Virus record (IMG/VR): IMGVR_UViG_3300009610_000010
Location: 1 to 61,760 of that record
Direction: 5' to 3' (one strand)
Source of the DNA: a virus
Length of the DNA: 61,760 nucleotides
The notes under the pieces are model-generated. The model had not been told where the DNA came from, did no database searches, and saw nothing but the letters and a program-made list of their open reading frames with translations. The stretch's first letter is position 1; each line of letters starts with the position of its first letter. The position numbers were made by a program, and so were the translations under genes. Shown one piece after another: positions 26,791 to 35,157 of the stretch.

Positions 26791-27269
26791 TAGAAGTCCA
26801 TCCAGTCCTCCAACCATGTGACACTAATGTCCATGATCGGAGTGATTACGGCCGCAACCTGGATCATCGCGACGCCCGCCCCCGGGCCGATCTCGATTCC
26901 ACCGGGGATCGGGTAGACCATCCCCCCTCCCTGGATGTTGTGGTAAGACACTCGCGGACCTAGATCGACTGACGAAGCCAAGAGCGTTGGTTGGACCGAA
27001 TAGGCTGACATGTCGAGAAGCGCTCCCGATACCGGTGCCACCCCGAGCATCGAGTGGTTGGAGCTATTCGGGGTCACAGTTGACCCGGGTGTCCCGCGCG
27101 CCGAGATCCTTCGCAAGCGCCACGACGTTCCCGCGGTCGGCGTTCCCTGCGCGAACATGGACCAACGCAGCAACTTGATCCTCTGGGTCGAGTGCGGATT
27201 CCACAGCGCCCACACCGCATGGTCGGCGTTGTTGCCACTAGCTGCCGTTCGCCCAGCGCACGAGTACAT
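26790..27269 (-). CDS. Tandem paralog 3 of a 159-aa family (unknown function)
   Basis: Shares ADHAVWALWNPHSTQRI..WSMFAQ...RLRRISARGT.GSTVTPNSSNHS.LGVAP...AYSVQPTLLAS...GAGVAMIQ...WLEDW with the two upstream genes. Confidence 0.7.
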   Translation of the reverse strand: MYSCAGRTAASGNNADHAVWALWNPHSTQRIKLLRWSMFAQGTPTAGTSWRLRRISARGTPGSTVTPNSSNHSMLGVAPVSGALLDMSAYSVQPTLLASSVDLGPRVSYHNIQGGGMVYPIPGGIEIGPGAGVAMIQVAAVITPIMDISVTWLEDWMDF

Positions 27270-27273
27270 TCTC

Positions 27274-27750
27274 TTACATCCAATCCTCTAGCCACGTCAC
27301 CCCAATGTCGAACACGACTGAGATGGTGGCCGGGACCTGGATCATCGCGACTCCGGCTCCAGGTCCAATCTCAAGGCCGCCTGGGATCGGGTAGATGATT
27401 CCCGAGCCTTGAACGGCTGAGAACACGAACCGCGGCCCCAAGTCAACCGACGATGCAAGCAACGTCGGTTGCACCGAGTAGGCCGCTAGATCGAGTAGCA
27501 CGCCGGATACCGGCGCGACCCCGAGCGTCGAGTGGTTCGAGCTGTTCGGCGTGACCGTAGAGCCCGCCGTGCCTCGGGCCGAGATTCGACGTAGCCGGCA
27601 AGCCCACCCGGCGGCTGGCGCCGCACTCTGAGCGAACATCGACCAGTTGATGACCTTGATCCGCTGCGTCGAGTGCGGATTCCAAAATCCCCACACGGCA
27701 TGGTCGGCGGTCCCTGCGGTCGCCGCGTTTCGTCCGGTGACGGTGTACAT
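27274..27750 (-). CDS. Tandem paralog 2 of the 159-aa family
   Basis: Same family as paralog 3. TAATG junction with paralog 1. Confidence 0.7.
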   Translation of the reverse strand: MYTVTGRNAATAGTADHAVWGFWNPHSTQRIKVINWSMFAQSAAPAAGWACRLRRISARGTAGSTVTPNSSNHSTLGVAPVSGVLLDLAAYSVQPTLLASSVDLGPRFVFSAVQGSGIIYPIPGGLEIGPGAGVAMIQVPATISVVFDIGVTWLEDWM

Positions 27751-28229
27751 TAGATCCAGTCCTCCAACCAAACCACCGTGTTGTCGTAGGCCACCGAGGC
27801 CGCGGCATTGAGCTGAATCATCGCGATCCCCGCCCCGGGAGGGATTTCGATGGCACTATCGAAGTCCAGGACCACGCCGCATCCTTGAAGCGTAGCCATA
27901 ATCCATGGCTCTCCTATGTCCACCGCGCTCGCGAGCAGCGTGGGTTGAACCGTATAGGCACCCAGGTCGAAGAGCGCGCCCGATGGCGGGGCCACTCCTA
28001 GCAGTGAGTGGTTCGAGCTATTCGGCGTCACCGTCGATCCCGCCGTGCCTCGGGCCGAGATTCGGCGCAGGCGACAGCTCCACCCACCGAGGGGGTTTCC
28101 GCCTTGCGCGAACATCGACCACTGGATGAGGCGAATCCGCTGGGTCGAGTGCGGATTCCACAGCGCCCACACCGCATGGTCGGCGGTTGCTGCGGTCGCT
28201 GTGCTTCTTCCTGATGCCGAGTAGGACAT
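27750..28229 (-). CDS. Tandem paralog 1 of the 159-aa family
   Basis: Same family as paralogs 2 and 3. TAATG junction with the upstream small gene. Confidence 0.7.
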   Translation of the reverse strand: MSYSASGRSTATAATADHAVWALWNPHSTQRIRLIQWSMFAQGGNPLGGWSCRLRRISARGTAGSTVTPNSSNHSLLGVAPPSGALFDLGAYTVQPTLLASAVDIGEPWIMATLQGCGVVLDFDSAIEIPPGAGIAMIQLNAAASVAYDNTVVWLEDWI

Positions 28230-28477
28230 TAGCCATCCGTTGTGTCATCGATCGGCGGCGTCGAAGCCACCGGCGCCGTTACATACCCTTGTGGCAAGAC
28301 CGGCACCCACTCGTCATCCTCGGTCTCGCGCCAGAACACCTTAAGGTTCGGCGGCACGCTTTGTGTGTCGGCCGCCACCATGAGGAAAGGCCCGTCCTCC
28401 TGGTCCGAGCTGTTTACTAGGTCGGCGATCAACTCGAAGGCTTCTGCCCAGGTCACCATGTGCTTTGCTCCCTTCAT
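28229..28477 (-). CDS. Hypothetical acidic protein (82 aa)
   Basis: TAATG overlaps at both ends. Confidence 0.5.
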   Translation of the reverse strand: MKGAKHMVTWAEAFELIADLVNSSDQEDGPFLMVAADTQSVPPNLKVFWRETEDDEWVPVLPQGYVTAPVASTPPIDDTTDG

Positions 28478-29616
28478 TAATTGGCCTCTGCCAGGGCGCC
28501 AAACTGCACCGGCTGCCATGCCGGCGCATCGGCTGGTGCGGCCAGCGCCGCCCGGTAGTGGTAGGGCGGTGAATGCTGGGCCATCCATTCGATCTCTTCC
28601 CACACGCGGGTGGGGGTCACGGCCACTGCGCACTTGGTTTCACCCGGTGGCAGGCCACACGTCGGCGCGTGGTAGCACGGGGCACAAGGCACACCGGCAT
28701 ACAGCGTGCGCACGTGGGTGTAGTGCACGGCCCGGGCCTCGGGCACCACCGTCGTGAAGTAGCCCACCGTGCGCACGCGCAGTGCTTCGGCCAGGTGCAC
28801 CACGCCCGTATCGGGCGTCACCAGGAAGTCCAGGCTCGACACCACTGCGATCAGGGCCGGCACGGTCAGATGCCCGGCCAAGCTGCGCACCCCGGCAGCG
28901 GCCAGGCGCGGCGTCAGCTGGTGGGCCACGTCGTCCAGCAGCACAGCGCGCATGCCGTGGTCAAAGGCCAGCTCGGCCAGGTGCTCGACGTGGCGCAGTG
29001 GCCAGTTGCGCATGCCCGACTGGCTGTGGCTGCCCACCGCGATACCCACCACCGGGCGCCCATGCTCCAGGGCGCCCGTGATGCTGCTCCCACGCAGCAC
29101 CTCGTCGGGGTGGGGCACCATCGGATACGCCCAGGCGTCGGGGGCCACGCCGTTGAGCAGGTACTTGGCGAACACCGCCAGGCGGTCGTATCGCTCGCGC
29201 CCGTCGCGCTCGCTGTAGCCGCGCAGGTCGATGCACCACTGAAAGCGCCCGTGCAGGTCGCTCAGGGGCACGGTGCGGTGCAGGAACGTGGCGTCGCGCA
29301 TCAGGGGCACAAACTCGTGGCTCGTGGCGTAGGTGAACCGCAGCGCTGGGTACCGCTGGGCCAGGGCGCGCAGCCCGGGCAGCACCATGAGCACGTCGCC
29401 CAGGCCGCCGGTGCGAATGACCGGCACCTCGGTGCCGGCGGGAGCGCGGGCCAGCCGGCTGGGGTGCGCCATTTGCAGCTCGTGGTTGGGGTCCTCGAAA
29501 CCCTGCGTCAGCAGGAACAGGTAGTCGCCATCGGGCACCACCTGCGGCTCACCCCGGCGGAAATGCCGCCCATTGTGCTGAAAGGTTAGGCTGCGGCGCA
29601 GCACGATCTCAGGCAC
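28477..29616 (-). CDS. GT9-family (heptosyltransferase-type) glycosyltransferase inside the capsid module
   Basis: VPVIRTGGLGDVLMVLPGLRAL, VVGIAVGS, LVTPDTGVVHLAEAL, and C-terminal Cys cluster CAPCYHAPTCGLPPGETKC. The start is uncertain: GTG 29616 chosen, and the open frame extends to 29718. Confidence 0.65.
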   Translation of the reverse strand: MPEIVLRRSLTFQHNGRHFRRGEPQVVPDGDYLFLLTQGFEDPNHELQMAHPSRLARAPAGTEVPVIRTGGLGDVLMVLPGLRALAQRYPALRFTYATSHEFVPLMRDATFLHRTVPLSDLHGRFQWCIDLRGYSERDGRERYDRLAVFAKYLLNGVAPDAWAYPMVPHPDEVLRGSSITGALEHGRPVVGIAVGSHSQSGMRNWPLRHVEHLAELAFDHGMRAVLLDDVAHQLTPRLAAAGVRSLAGHLTVPALIAVVSSLDFLVTPDTGVVHLAEALRVRTVGYFTTVVPEARAVHYTHVRTLYAGVPCAPCYHAPTCGLPPGETKCAVAVTPTRVWEEIEWMAQHSPPYHYRAALAAPADAPAWQPVQFGALAEAN

Positions 29617-29845
29617 GGGTGGGGTGGTCCTTTCGGTTGTTCGGTCGCCCCTTTGGGAGGCTGGGGCTGGGCAGGTGTGTTGCCCCCGCTTTGGGGCTTG
29701 GCAGGGTGCGCGGCCCACGGAGGTGGCGCCCCAGGGTCGCGCCGGCCCGGAGAGCCCCTAAGCGACCGACTCTTGCCCGGGACGCACCCACGTGGGCCGC
29801 GCACCCTGCCATCCCGCGAAACGGGTCGAAGCGGTTGGCACTGCC

Positions 29846-29884
29846 CCCGGGCGGCGCCCCCATCCCTGGGAGCCACCGCCCGGG
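29846..29884 (-). other. Strong GC stem-loop just downstream of the capsid gene
   Basis: cccgggcgg ... ccgcccggg (9 bp), with no U-tract. Possible RNA stabiliser or attenuator. Confidence 0.35.
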
Positions 29885-29909
29885 CGTGCGTGAGTTACGT
29901 CAGCGGGCT

Positions 29910-31022
29910 TTATGAGCCCAGGTTCAGGCACGTGTTGCAGCGCCCAGCCCCCAGGGCAGGAGCGGTGCAGCTGGTGGCGCAAGCGTCGAGCTGAGCGCAA
30001 TCCAGCAGTGCGGTTTGGTCCTCGTTGAAAATCAGCGCATCCATGCGGAACGTCCAAATGAGCCACGTCAGGTGGCGGGGGGCATCGCGCCACCGCTCGA
30101 AAGTGATGTTCTTTTCGATGCCCACCACGAAGTTGGCCGGATCGCTCGCCACAGCGAACGTCCCGGTGGCCGTGGACAACGACTCGCACCCGCAAGCACG
30201 CAGGTCGGTGGGAATGAGCGCAATAGGCACAATGGGCGACAGCATGTGCTCGCGCGGCGCCGGGCCCAGCAGCGAGCGATCGCCCAGCACGGTTTCGCGG
30301 CCCTGGTGCAGCTCGGCAAAGTCGTGCCACATGTCGGTGGGCATGAAAATGTTGATTTGCTCGGGGTTGCGCCGGTACTTGGTCGGTATGGCTCGCAGCA
30401 GGCAGTTCAGCTTGTGGAACGTGATAGTGCGGTCGCCAGCGTCGGCCCCGGAGAAGCCCCCGGCGTTAAGGATGTGGCCCTGCTGCAGCTGGCGGTACCA
30501 CATGTCGCTGGAGTGCATCACGCTGCCGTTTAGCTTGGTGTCGGCGTTGTAGCTGTTGTTGGTGTTGCCCATCCAGGCCAGCAGCTCACCCTCTTTGGCC
30601 ATCGTCTCACCGGTCATGCGTATGAGCTGCTGCTCTAGCTGGGGGCCGGTGATGCCGTCCTGCAGGTCGTCATCGCAGAGAAAGAACTTCACATCGAGGC
30701 TGATGGTCTTCAAACACTTGTTTGTGTTCGAAATGGTGACCGACTCCTCGGGCGTGGCGTTGCAGGTGGCCAGCCGCATGATGCCACCGTTCATCGACAG
30801 GAACCGAATGTCCTGCTCGTTGGTGGACATTCGCTCGATCGTGGCCAGGCGAAACATCTGCGATTCGTCTTGTACGTAGTCGATCAGCCGATCGGCTTCC
30901 TCGGGCTGGATAATGGCGGGCGCTACGCTGCGGAGCAGAAACTTGGCCTGCTCGTGCTTCGTAAGGCGTCGCCCTTCGGCAACCCGCGGGTGCGCCAGCA
31001 GCGCATGCCCTTGTGACAGCAT
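29910..31022 (-). CDS. Major capsid protein (HK97-fold type) with a Cys-rich C-terminal tail
   Basis: 370 aa with the strongest SD of the region (GGGGGAGGA). Follows protease and scaffold. The last ~30 aa contain 6 Cys. Confidence 0.7.
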   Translation of the reverse strand: MLSQGHALLAHPRVAEGRRLTKHEQAKFLLRSVAPAIIQPEEADRLIDYVQDESQMFRLATIERMSTNEQDIRFLSMNGGIMRLATCNATPEESVTISNTNKCLKTISLDVKFFLCDDDLQDGITGPQLEQQLIRMTGETMAKEGELLAWMGNTNNSYNADTKLNGSVMHSSDMWYRQLQQGHILNAGGFSGADAGDRTITFHKLNCLLRAIPTKYRRNPEQINIFMPTDMWHDFAELHQGRETVLGDRSLLGPAPREHMLSPIVPIALIPTDLRACGCESLSTATGTFAVASDPANFVVGIEKNITFERWRDAPRHLTWLIWTFRMDALIFNEDQTALLDCAQLDACATSCTAPALGAGRCNTCLNLGS

Positions 31023-31089
31023 CTTGTGGTCCTCCCCCTCTATTGCGTTTCGGGCCGGCAGTTAGTCGGGGCTCTCTCGCATTTCATTT

Positions 31090-31488
31090 CTAAAGCTGGG
31101 CCTGCTGGCGCCGCCGCCGCAGGTGCAGGCACACGTCTGGTGCCGCCTTGGTCAAAAAGGAACAGCCTTCGAGCTTCTTGATCGAGTGCGGCAGGCTGTC
31201 GGCCCACGCCGGAATGGTCAGCTCGCTGTCCACGGCCTTGCAGTGGGCATCGAGGTCCACCCCGAGCGCCGCGAGGTAGGCGCCGAGCTTCTTTTCCGAG
31301 AAGATGGGCCATGGGTTTTGGTTCTCGCTGGCGGTGTGCTGCTGCGCATAGCACTTGGCCAACCAGCCGATCGTATCCGTGTCGCGCGCCAGCAGCTGGT
31401 CAGCCCCGCTCAGGCGCGTGTCATTGCCAAAGCGCGGTGGGCCCTTGGGGCTGGGGACCGACCGCGTGGACTTGAAAAGCATGCTCAT
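31090..31488 (-). CDS. Hypothetical head-module protein (132 aa)
   Basis: ATG after GGGAG. Lies between the scaffold and capsid genes. Confidence 0.5.
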   Translation of the reverse strand: MSMLFKSTRSVPSPKGPPRFGNDTRLSGADQLLARDTDTIGWLAKCYAQQHTASENQNPWPIFSEKKLGAYLAALGVDLDAHCKAVDSELTIPAWADSLPHSIKKLEGCSFLTKAAPDVCLHLRRRRQQAQL

Positions 31489-31504
31489 CGGCGGGTTGCT
31501 CCCT

Positions 31505-33124
31505 TTAGCGCCGTGCGAACCGCGGCAGGCCGCCGCCGTTCGACGCCGCGGCATCGCGCTCGGTGCGGCTCACCGGCACCCCGAGGATGGTCGAATGCAC
31601 CACGTCGCCCGCTGCGCCGGGGGCGGCCTTGGTGGCGGCAAACCGGCTGACCATGCCAGACTTGATCAGCGGGGCCGTGGGCACGCTCACGCGCTTGGGC
31701 GTGGCTGCCACGGGCGCTGCCGCCGGGGTGGCACCCACGAGGTCGGGCATGTCCTCGTCCTCTTCCTCTTCGGCCGGGGCGGGCGCCCCGGCCCCGAGCG
31801 CTGCCAGCACCTGGGCCAGTGTGGCCTCGAACGCGGCCATGCGCTCCTCCAGCGTGGGGGCGGGGGCCACGGGGGCACCGGCTGCGGCGCCGTCCTTTTG
31901 GCTCTTGCCACTGCCCAGGTCGCCCCAGGCCGGGTTGCCAGCCGGTGCGGCGGCGGGGTCACCAGCGGGGGCGGGCGTGGGCTCAGACGTTGCCGTAGCC
32001 GCGCCGGCACCCGGCAGCTCCACGCCGATCGCCCCCGCCAGTAGCGTGATCAGTTGGTCCATCCGGCGGTCGGTGTCCTGCCGGCTCTTCGTCTGCTCAG
32101 CCATGAATGCCTCCACGCGGGCGTCGCGCGCCTGCAGGTATGCCGCCAGCTTTTGGCCGGGGCGTGGTTCATGCCGTCCGATGAACTTGTTGAACATGCG
32201 GCCCCAGTAATTGCGGCCCGTCAACTTCACGGCCGGCGCACCCGCGGGCGGCGGGTTCTTCAACGACTTGCTCACACCCAGCTTCAGCGCTGCCGCGTTG
32301 ATCAGGCCCTCGACCGTGGTGCCTTCGGGCACCAGTAGCCTCGACTCGTCTTCCGGGTCGCCGTAGTCCAGGCGCACGGCCTCGCACACTTCGGCGGCCA
32401 TGTGCTCGGGCAGGCCCATTTCTTCCTGCGCCTGGGTGATGCACGCGCCCAGCATTAGCTCGGTGGGCTTGCTGGGTATTTCGATCGTCTCGGGCTCATC
32501 GGGCAGGGCGTCTTCGGGCAGCAGGTCTTCGGGCATCGGGGGCGGTGGTGCCTCGGCCAGGGCGGCAGCGTCCTTGCCAGCCACCGGGGTCGGGCACTTT
32601 TGGCCTCGCGTAATCATCGACTTCTCCTCCTGCGGACCACCCGGTTTGGTGGCACAAATGGCGCGGGCCGAATCCTCGGGCGACCGATCGCCCTGGGGCT
32701 CGAACCCCGGCTTGCTCAGCACGGCTTGCACACACTCTTCGAAGGTGGCGTCCTTGATCTGCAGCGCCTCCTCCACGTCCCGCAGCATCTTGGCGTCGGC
32801 CAGCGTGGCGTCGTGCCCGGCCATGTCGGCCGCCATCACGGCGCGGGTGTCGCCGGGGGCATCGGGCTCGCCACCGGCCGACTCGCACAGGGTGGGTGTG
32901 GCGGTGGGCTCCTGCTCCAGGCAGGTGCGGTAGTTGACTAAGCCCGCTGGCTGCGGAATGGGCCCATCGCCCACGGCCTTGAAAAAGCGCCACTCGCGGC
33001 CCGTGGCAGGGCGATCAACGGCGGCCACTTCGCCCACGTCGGACTCCACGATTTCTCCGACGGTTTGCGCGGCGAGGTAGGCCGCCATTTCGTCAGCGCT
33101 GATCTTGCGTCGCCGTCGTGCCAT
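31505..33124 (-). CDS. Scaffolding-like acidic, Ala/Pro-rich protein (539 aa)
   Basis: Position between the protease and capsid genes; low-complexity acidic composition. Confidence 0.5.
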   Translation of the reverse strand: MARRRRKISADEMAAYLAAQTVGEIVESDVGEVAAVDRPATGREWRFFKAVGDGPIPQPAGLVNYRTCLEQEPTATPTLCESAGGEPDAPGDTRAVMAADMAGHDATLADAKMLRDVEEALQIKDATFEECVQAVLSKPGFEPQGDRSPEDSARAICATKPGGPQEEKSMITRGQKCPTPVAGKDAAALAEAPPPPMPEDLLPEDALPDEPETIEIPSKPTELMLGACITQAQEEMGLPEHMAAEVCEAVRLDYGDPEDESRLLVPEGTTVEGLINAAALKLGVSKSLKNPPPAGAPAVKLTGRNYWGRMFNKFIGRHEPRPGQKLAAYLQARDARVEAFMAEQTKSRQDTDRRMDQLITLLAGAIGVELPGAGAATATSEPTPAPAGDPAAAPAGNPAWGDLGSGKSQKDGAAAGAPVAPAPTLEERMAAFEATLAQVLAALGAGAPAPAEEEEDEDMPDLVGATPAAAPVAATPKRVSVPTAPLIKSGMVSRFAATKAAPGAAGDVVHSTILGVPVSRTERDAAASNGGGLPRFARR

Positions 33125-33127
33125 GGG

Positions 33128-34696
33128 TTACGCCACCTCCTGTGGGCTGGGCACCAGGTGCAGCGGCACGACGCCCCATTGGCCCTCGATCGAGTAGCCG
33201 CGCAGCGTGCCCGCCTTGATTTGCTCCCACGCTTCGGGGTGCCAGCGCACGCCCATGACCCATGAGCCACGCGGAAAGTCAGGATCACCGGGCCGCGCGA
33301 TGAACGATTCCACCACGTGCCCGGATGGAGCCCCGTCTTTCATGCGCAGCCCGGTAATGTGCATTAGGTTGGTGCCACCCTTGCGGGCGTTGAACTCGTG
33401 CGCCATCTTGCGCACCTCAGTTTCGGTGGCGTACTGGCCTTGTAGATCGACTTCCCAAGGGGCGTACACCACGTCGTAGGTGATGCGGTCGGTGGCTTCC
33501 TCGGGGCGGTGCACAAACTTGCACTGCACGTGCAGCTTCACGGTGGGGGGCTCGGCAAAGCGCTTGATGATGCTGCGCCGGATCAGCCCGCCGGGGGCGA
33601 TGTCGGCCTTGGCGATGGCGAAAATGAGCGACCAGTTGTTGCGCACCCACTGCGCGGCACCCACCCCACCGGGCATGCTGTCGAGCACGCGCTTGGGGAT
33701 GTGCACGTCGATGATGTTCTTGTGGTTGCCCGGGCGGCCCAGCCCCACGCGCACAAAAGCGCCGCCCGAGTCGGGGATCTCGCGCTCCTGGATGTCGTCG
33801 TACCACTTGTCGGCATCGCGCCACCGGCTGATGCCCACGATGATGGTGCCCCCGGCTGAGGAGGTGACGACGCTCGGTGGGATGCCCTTGGTTTGCACGG
33901 TGCGCTGGGCCGCCGGGGCGCGCAGGTCGATGCGCTTGGCCGGGGCGGCCGGCGCCGGGGCCTGGGGCTCGGCCGGCTGCAGGTCGTACGCTTGGGCCAC
34001 GCCGCGCCAGGCAATCCCCTGGGCGTAGCGCTCGCTGTCGGGGTTGCCCGCCTTGCCAAAGATCGACAGGGTGCTCGTGTACATGCGGTCGTACACCTCG
34101 CGCCCGTACGCTGGCAGCCCGTCCAGGCTGCGCAGGGCCAGGGCAGTGGCGGCGGCAGTGCGCTCGTCCACGGGGGTGACCTCCTTGGTGGCCGGGGCGG
34201 CTTTGCCGGCGGCGGCCTCGGCGGCCAGGCGCTCGTTCACGCGCCCGAGCCGGTGGGCAATGCTTTCAAGCTGCCTGGGGTCGGCACGGCGTGCGGCGCC
34301 GCTCAGGTTCGCCAGCTCACGCACGGCGGGGTGGCTGCTGCCCAGGGTTTCGCGCGCGCGGGCGGCCGCCTGATCCACCAGGCCCCCCAGGCGGCGGCGC
34401 CCGGCTTCGGCCTCGGCCGGGGCCTTGGCACTGGCTACGGCCAACGCCACGGTCCGGGCCTCAAGGGCGGTGTTCGCAGCGCCGCCCGCGCCGTCGGTGG
34501 CAAAGCGACCCGTCTCGTCGCGCACGTACTCGCGCTTCAGCCCCTTGGGCACGGGCACGTTGGGCACGGGCACATCGGGTGGGGGCGGCATGGCGGGGGC
34601 CGCTTCTTCTTCCATGGCGGGCTCGCCAAGGGGCGGCCCCGTGTTGACGATGGTTCCGTCGGGCAGTGCCAGCTCGTGGTAGTGCTCGTCGGCCAC
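33128..34696 (-). CDS. Prohead protease, XkdF-like C-terminal domain
   Basis: C-terminal ...YAPWEVDLQGQYATETEVRKMAHEFN..NLMH...VVESFI...GSWVMGVRW..EAWEQIKAGTLRGYSIEG matches my memory of the XkdF/S78-like family. GTG start. Confidence 0.6.
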   Translation of the reverse strand: MADEHYHELALPDGTIVNTGPPLGEPAMEEEAAPAMPPPPDVPVPNVPVPKGLKREYVRDETGRFATDGAGGAANTALEARTVALAVASAKAPAEAEAGRRRLGGLVDQAAARARETLGSSHPAVRELANLSGAARRADPRQLESIAHRLGRVNERLAAEAAAGKAAPATKEVTPVDERTAAATALALRSLDGLPAYGREVYDRMYTSTLSIFGKAGNPDSERYAQGIAWRGVAQAYDLQPAEPQAPAPAAPAKRIDLRAPAAQRTVQTKGIPPSVVTSSAGGTIIVGISRWRDADKWYDDIQEREIPDSGGAFVRVGLGRPGNHKNIIDVHIPKRVLDSMPGGVGAAQWVRNNWSLIFAIAKADIAPGGLIRRSIIKRFAEPPTVKLHVQCKFVHRPEEATDRITYDVVYAPWEVDLQGQYATETEVRKMAHEFNARKGGTNLMHITGLRMKDGAPSGHVVESFIARPGDPDFPRGSWVMGVRWHPEAWEQIKAGTLRGYSIEGQWGVVPLHLVPSPQEVA

Positions 34697-34713
34697 TTGT
34701 CTCCTCGCCTCTT

Positions 34714-34751
34714 AAACGAAAGCCCTGCCCGCCATCGCTGGCGAACAGGGC
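34714..34751 (-). terminator. Hairpin plus U-tract (terminator/attenuator) upstream of the protease gene
   Basis: On the - strand: GCCCTG-TT-CGCCA-GCGA-TGGCG-GG-CAGGGC followed by TTTCGTTT. Confidence 0.5.
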
Positions 34752-34828
34752 TGCGTGAGCCGCGCTCAGGAGGTACATCCCCGGGACGGGGGCGATGCCA
34801 TCCGTTTACGTGCCGCGCATGGGCCGTG

Positions 34829-35152
34829 TCAAGGGGTTTTTTCGTTGCCGTTGGTGGCGCCTGGGCCACCGGGCTGCTGGAGTATCCAGGCGCGGCGCTC
34901 GCGGCAGCGGCGGCAGTGGGCCACCACGGTGCCAGGGGGGTGCTGGGCAGCGCCGGTTTCGGGGTCTACGTCGGGGGGCAGGATGACCACGGTGGTGCCG
35001 GCGGGCACCTCTATCAGCAGGGCCCCGCACTTGAAGCACTCGACGCGGGCCAGGCCGGGCTCGCGGGTGGCGGGGGCAGCGGGCCAGCCCTCGCGCTCCA
35101 GCCGTTCGCGGCGACGGGCCAGGCGCTGTTCCAGTCGCTTGCGGCTGAGCAC
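34829..35152 (-). CDS. Small zinc-ribbon protein (~107 aa)
   Basis: CFKCG...HCRRC. GTG 35152 lies just after the MuF stop. Confidence 0.45.
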   Translation of the reverse strand: MLSRKRLEQRLARRRERLEREGWPAAPATREPGLARVECFKCGALLIEVPAGTTVVILPPDVDPETGAAQHPPGTVVAHCRRCRERRAWILQQPGGPGATNGNEKTP

Positions 35153-35157
35153 ACGCT

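Noticed and set aside
29910-30005. The capsid C-terminal Cys/Ser/Thr tail considered as a lanthipeptide-like core.
   Set aside because: No LanB/C/M-type dehydratase or cyclase is recognisable. The tail is part of a 370-aa structural protein.
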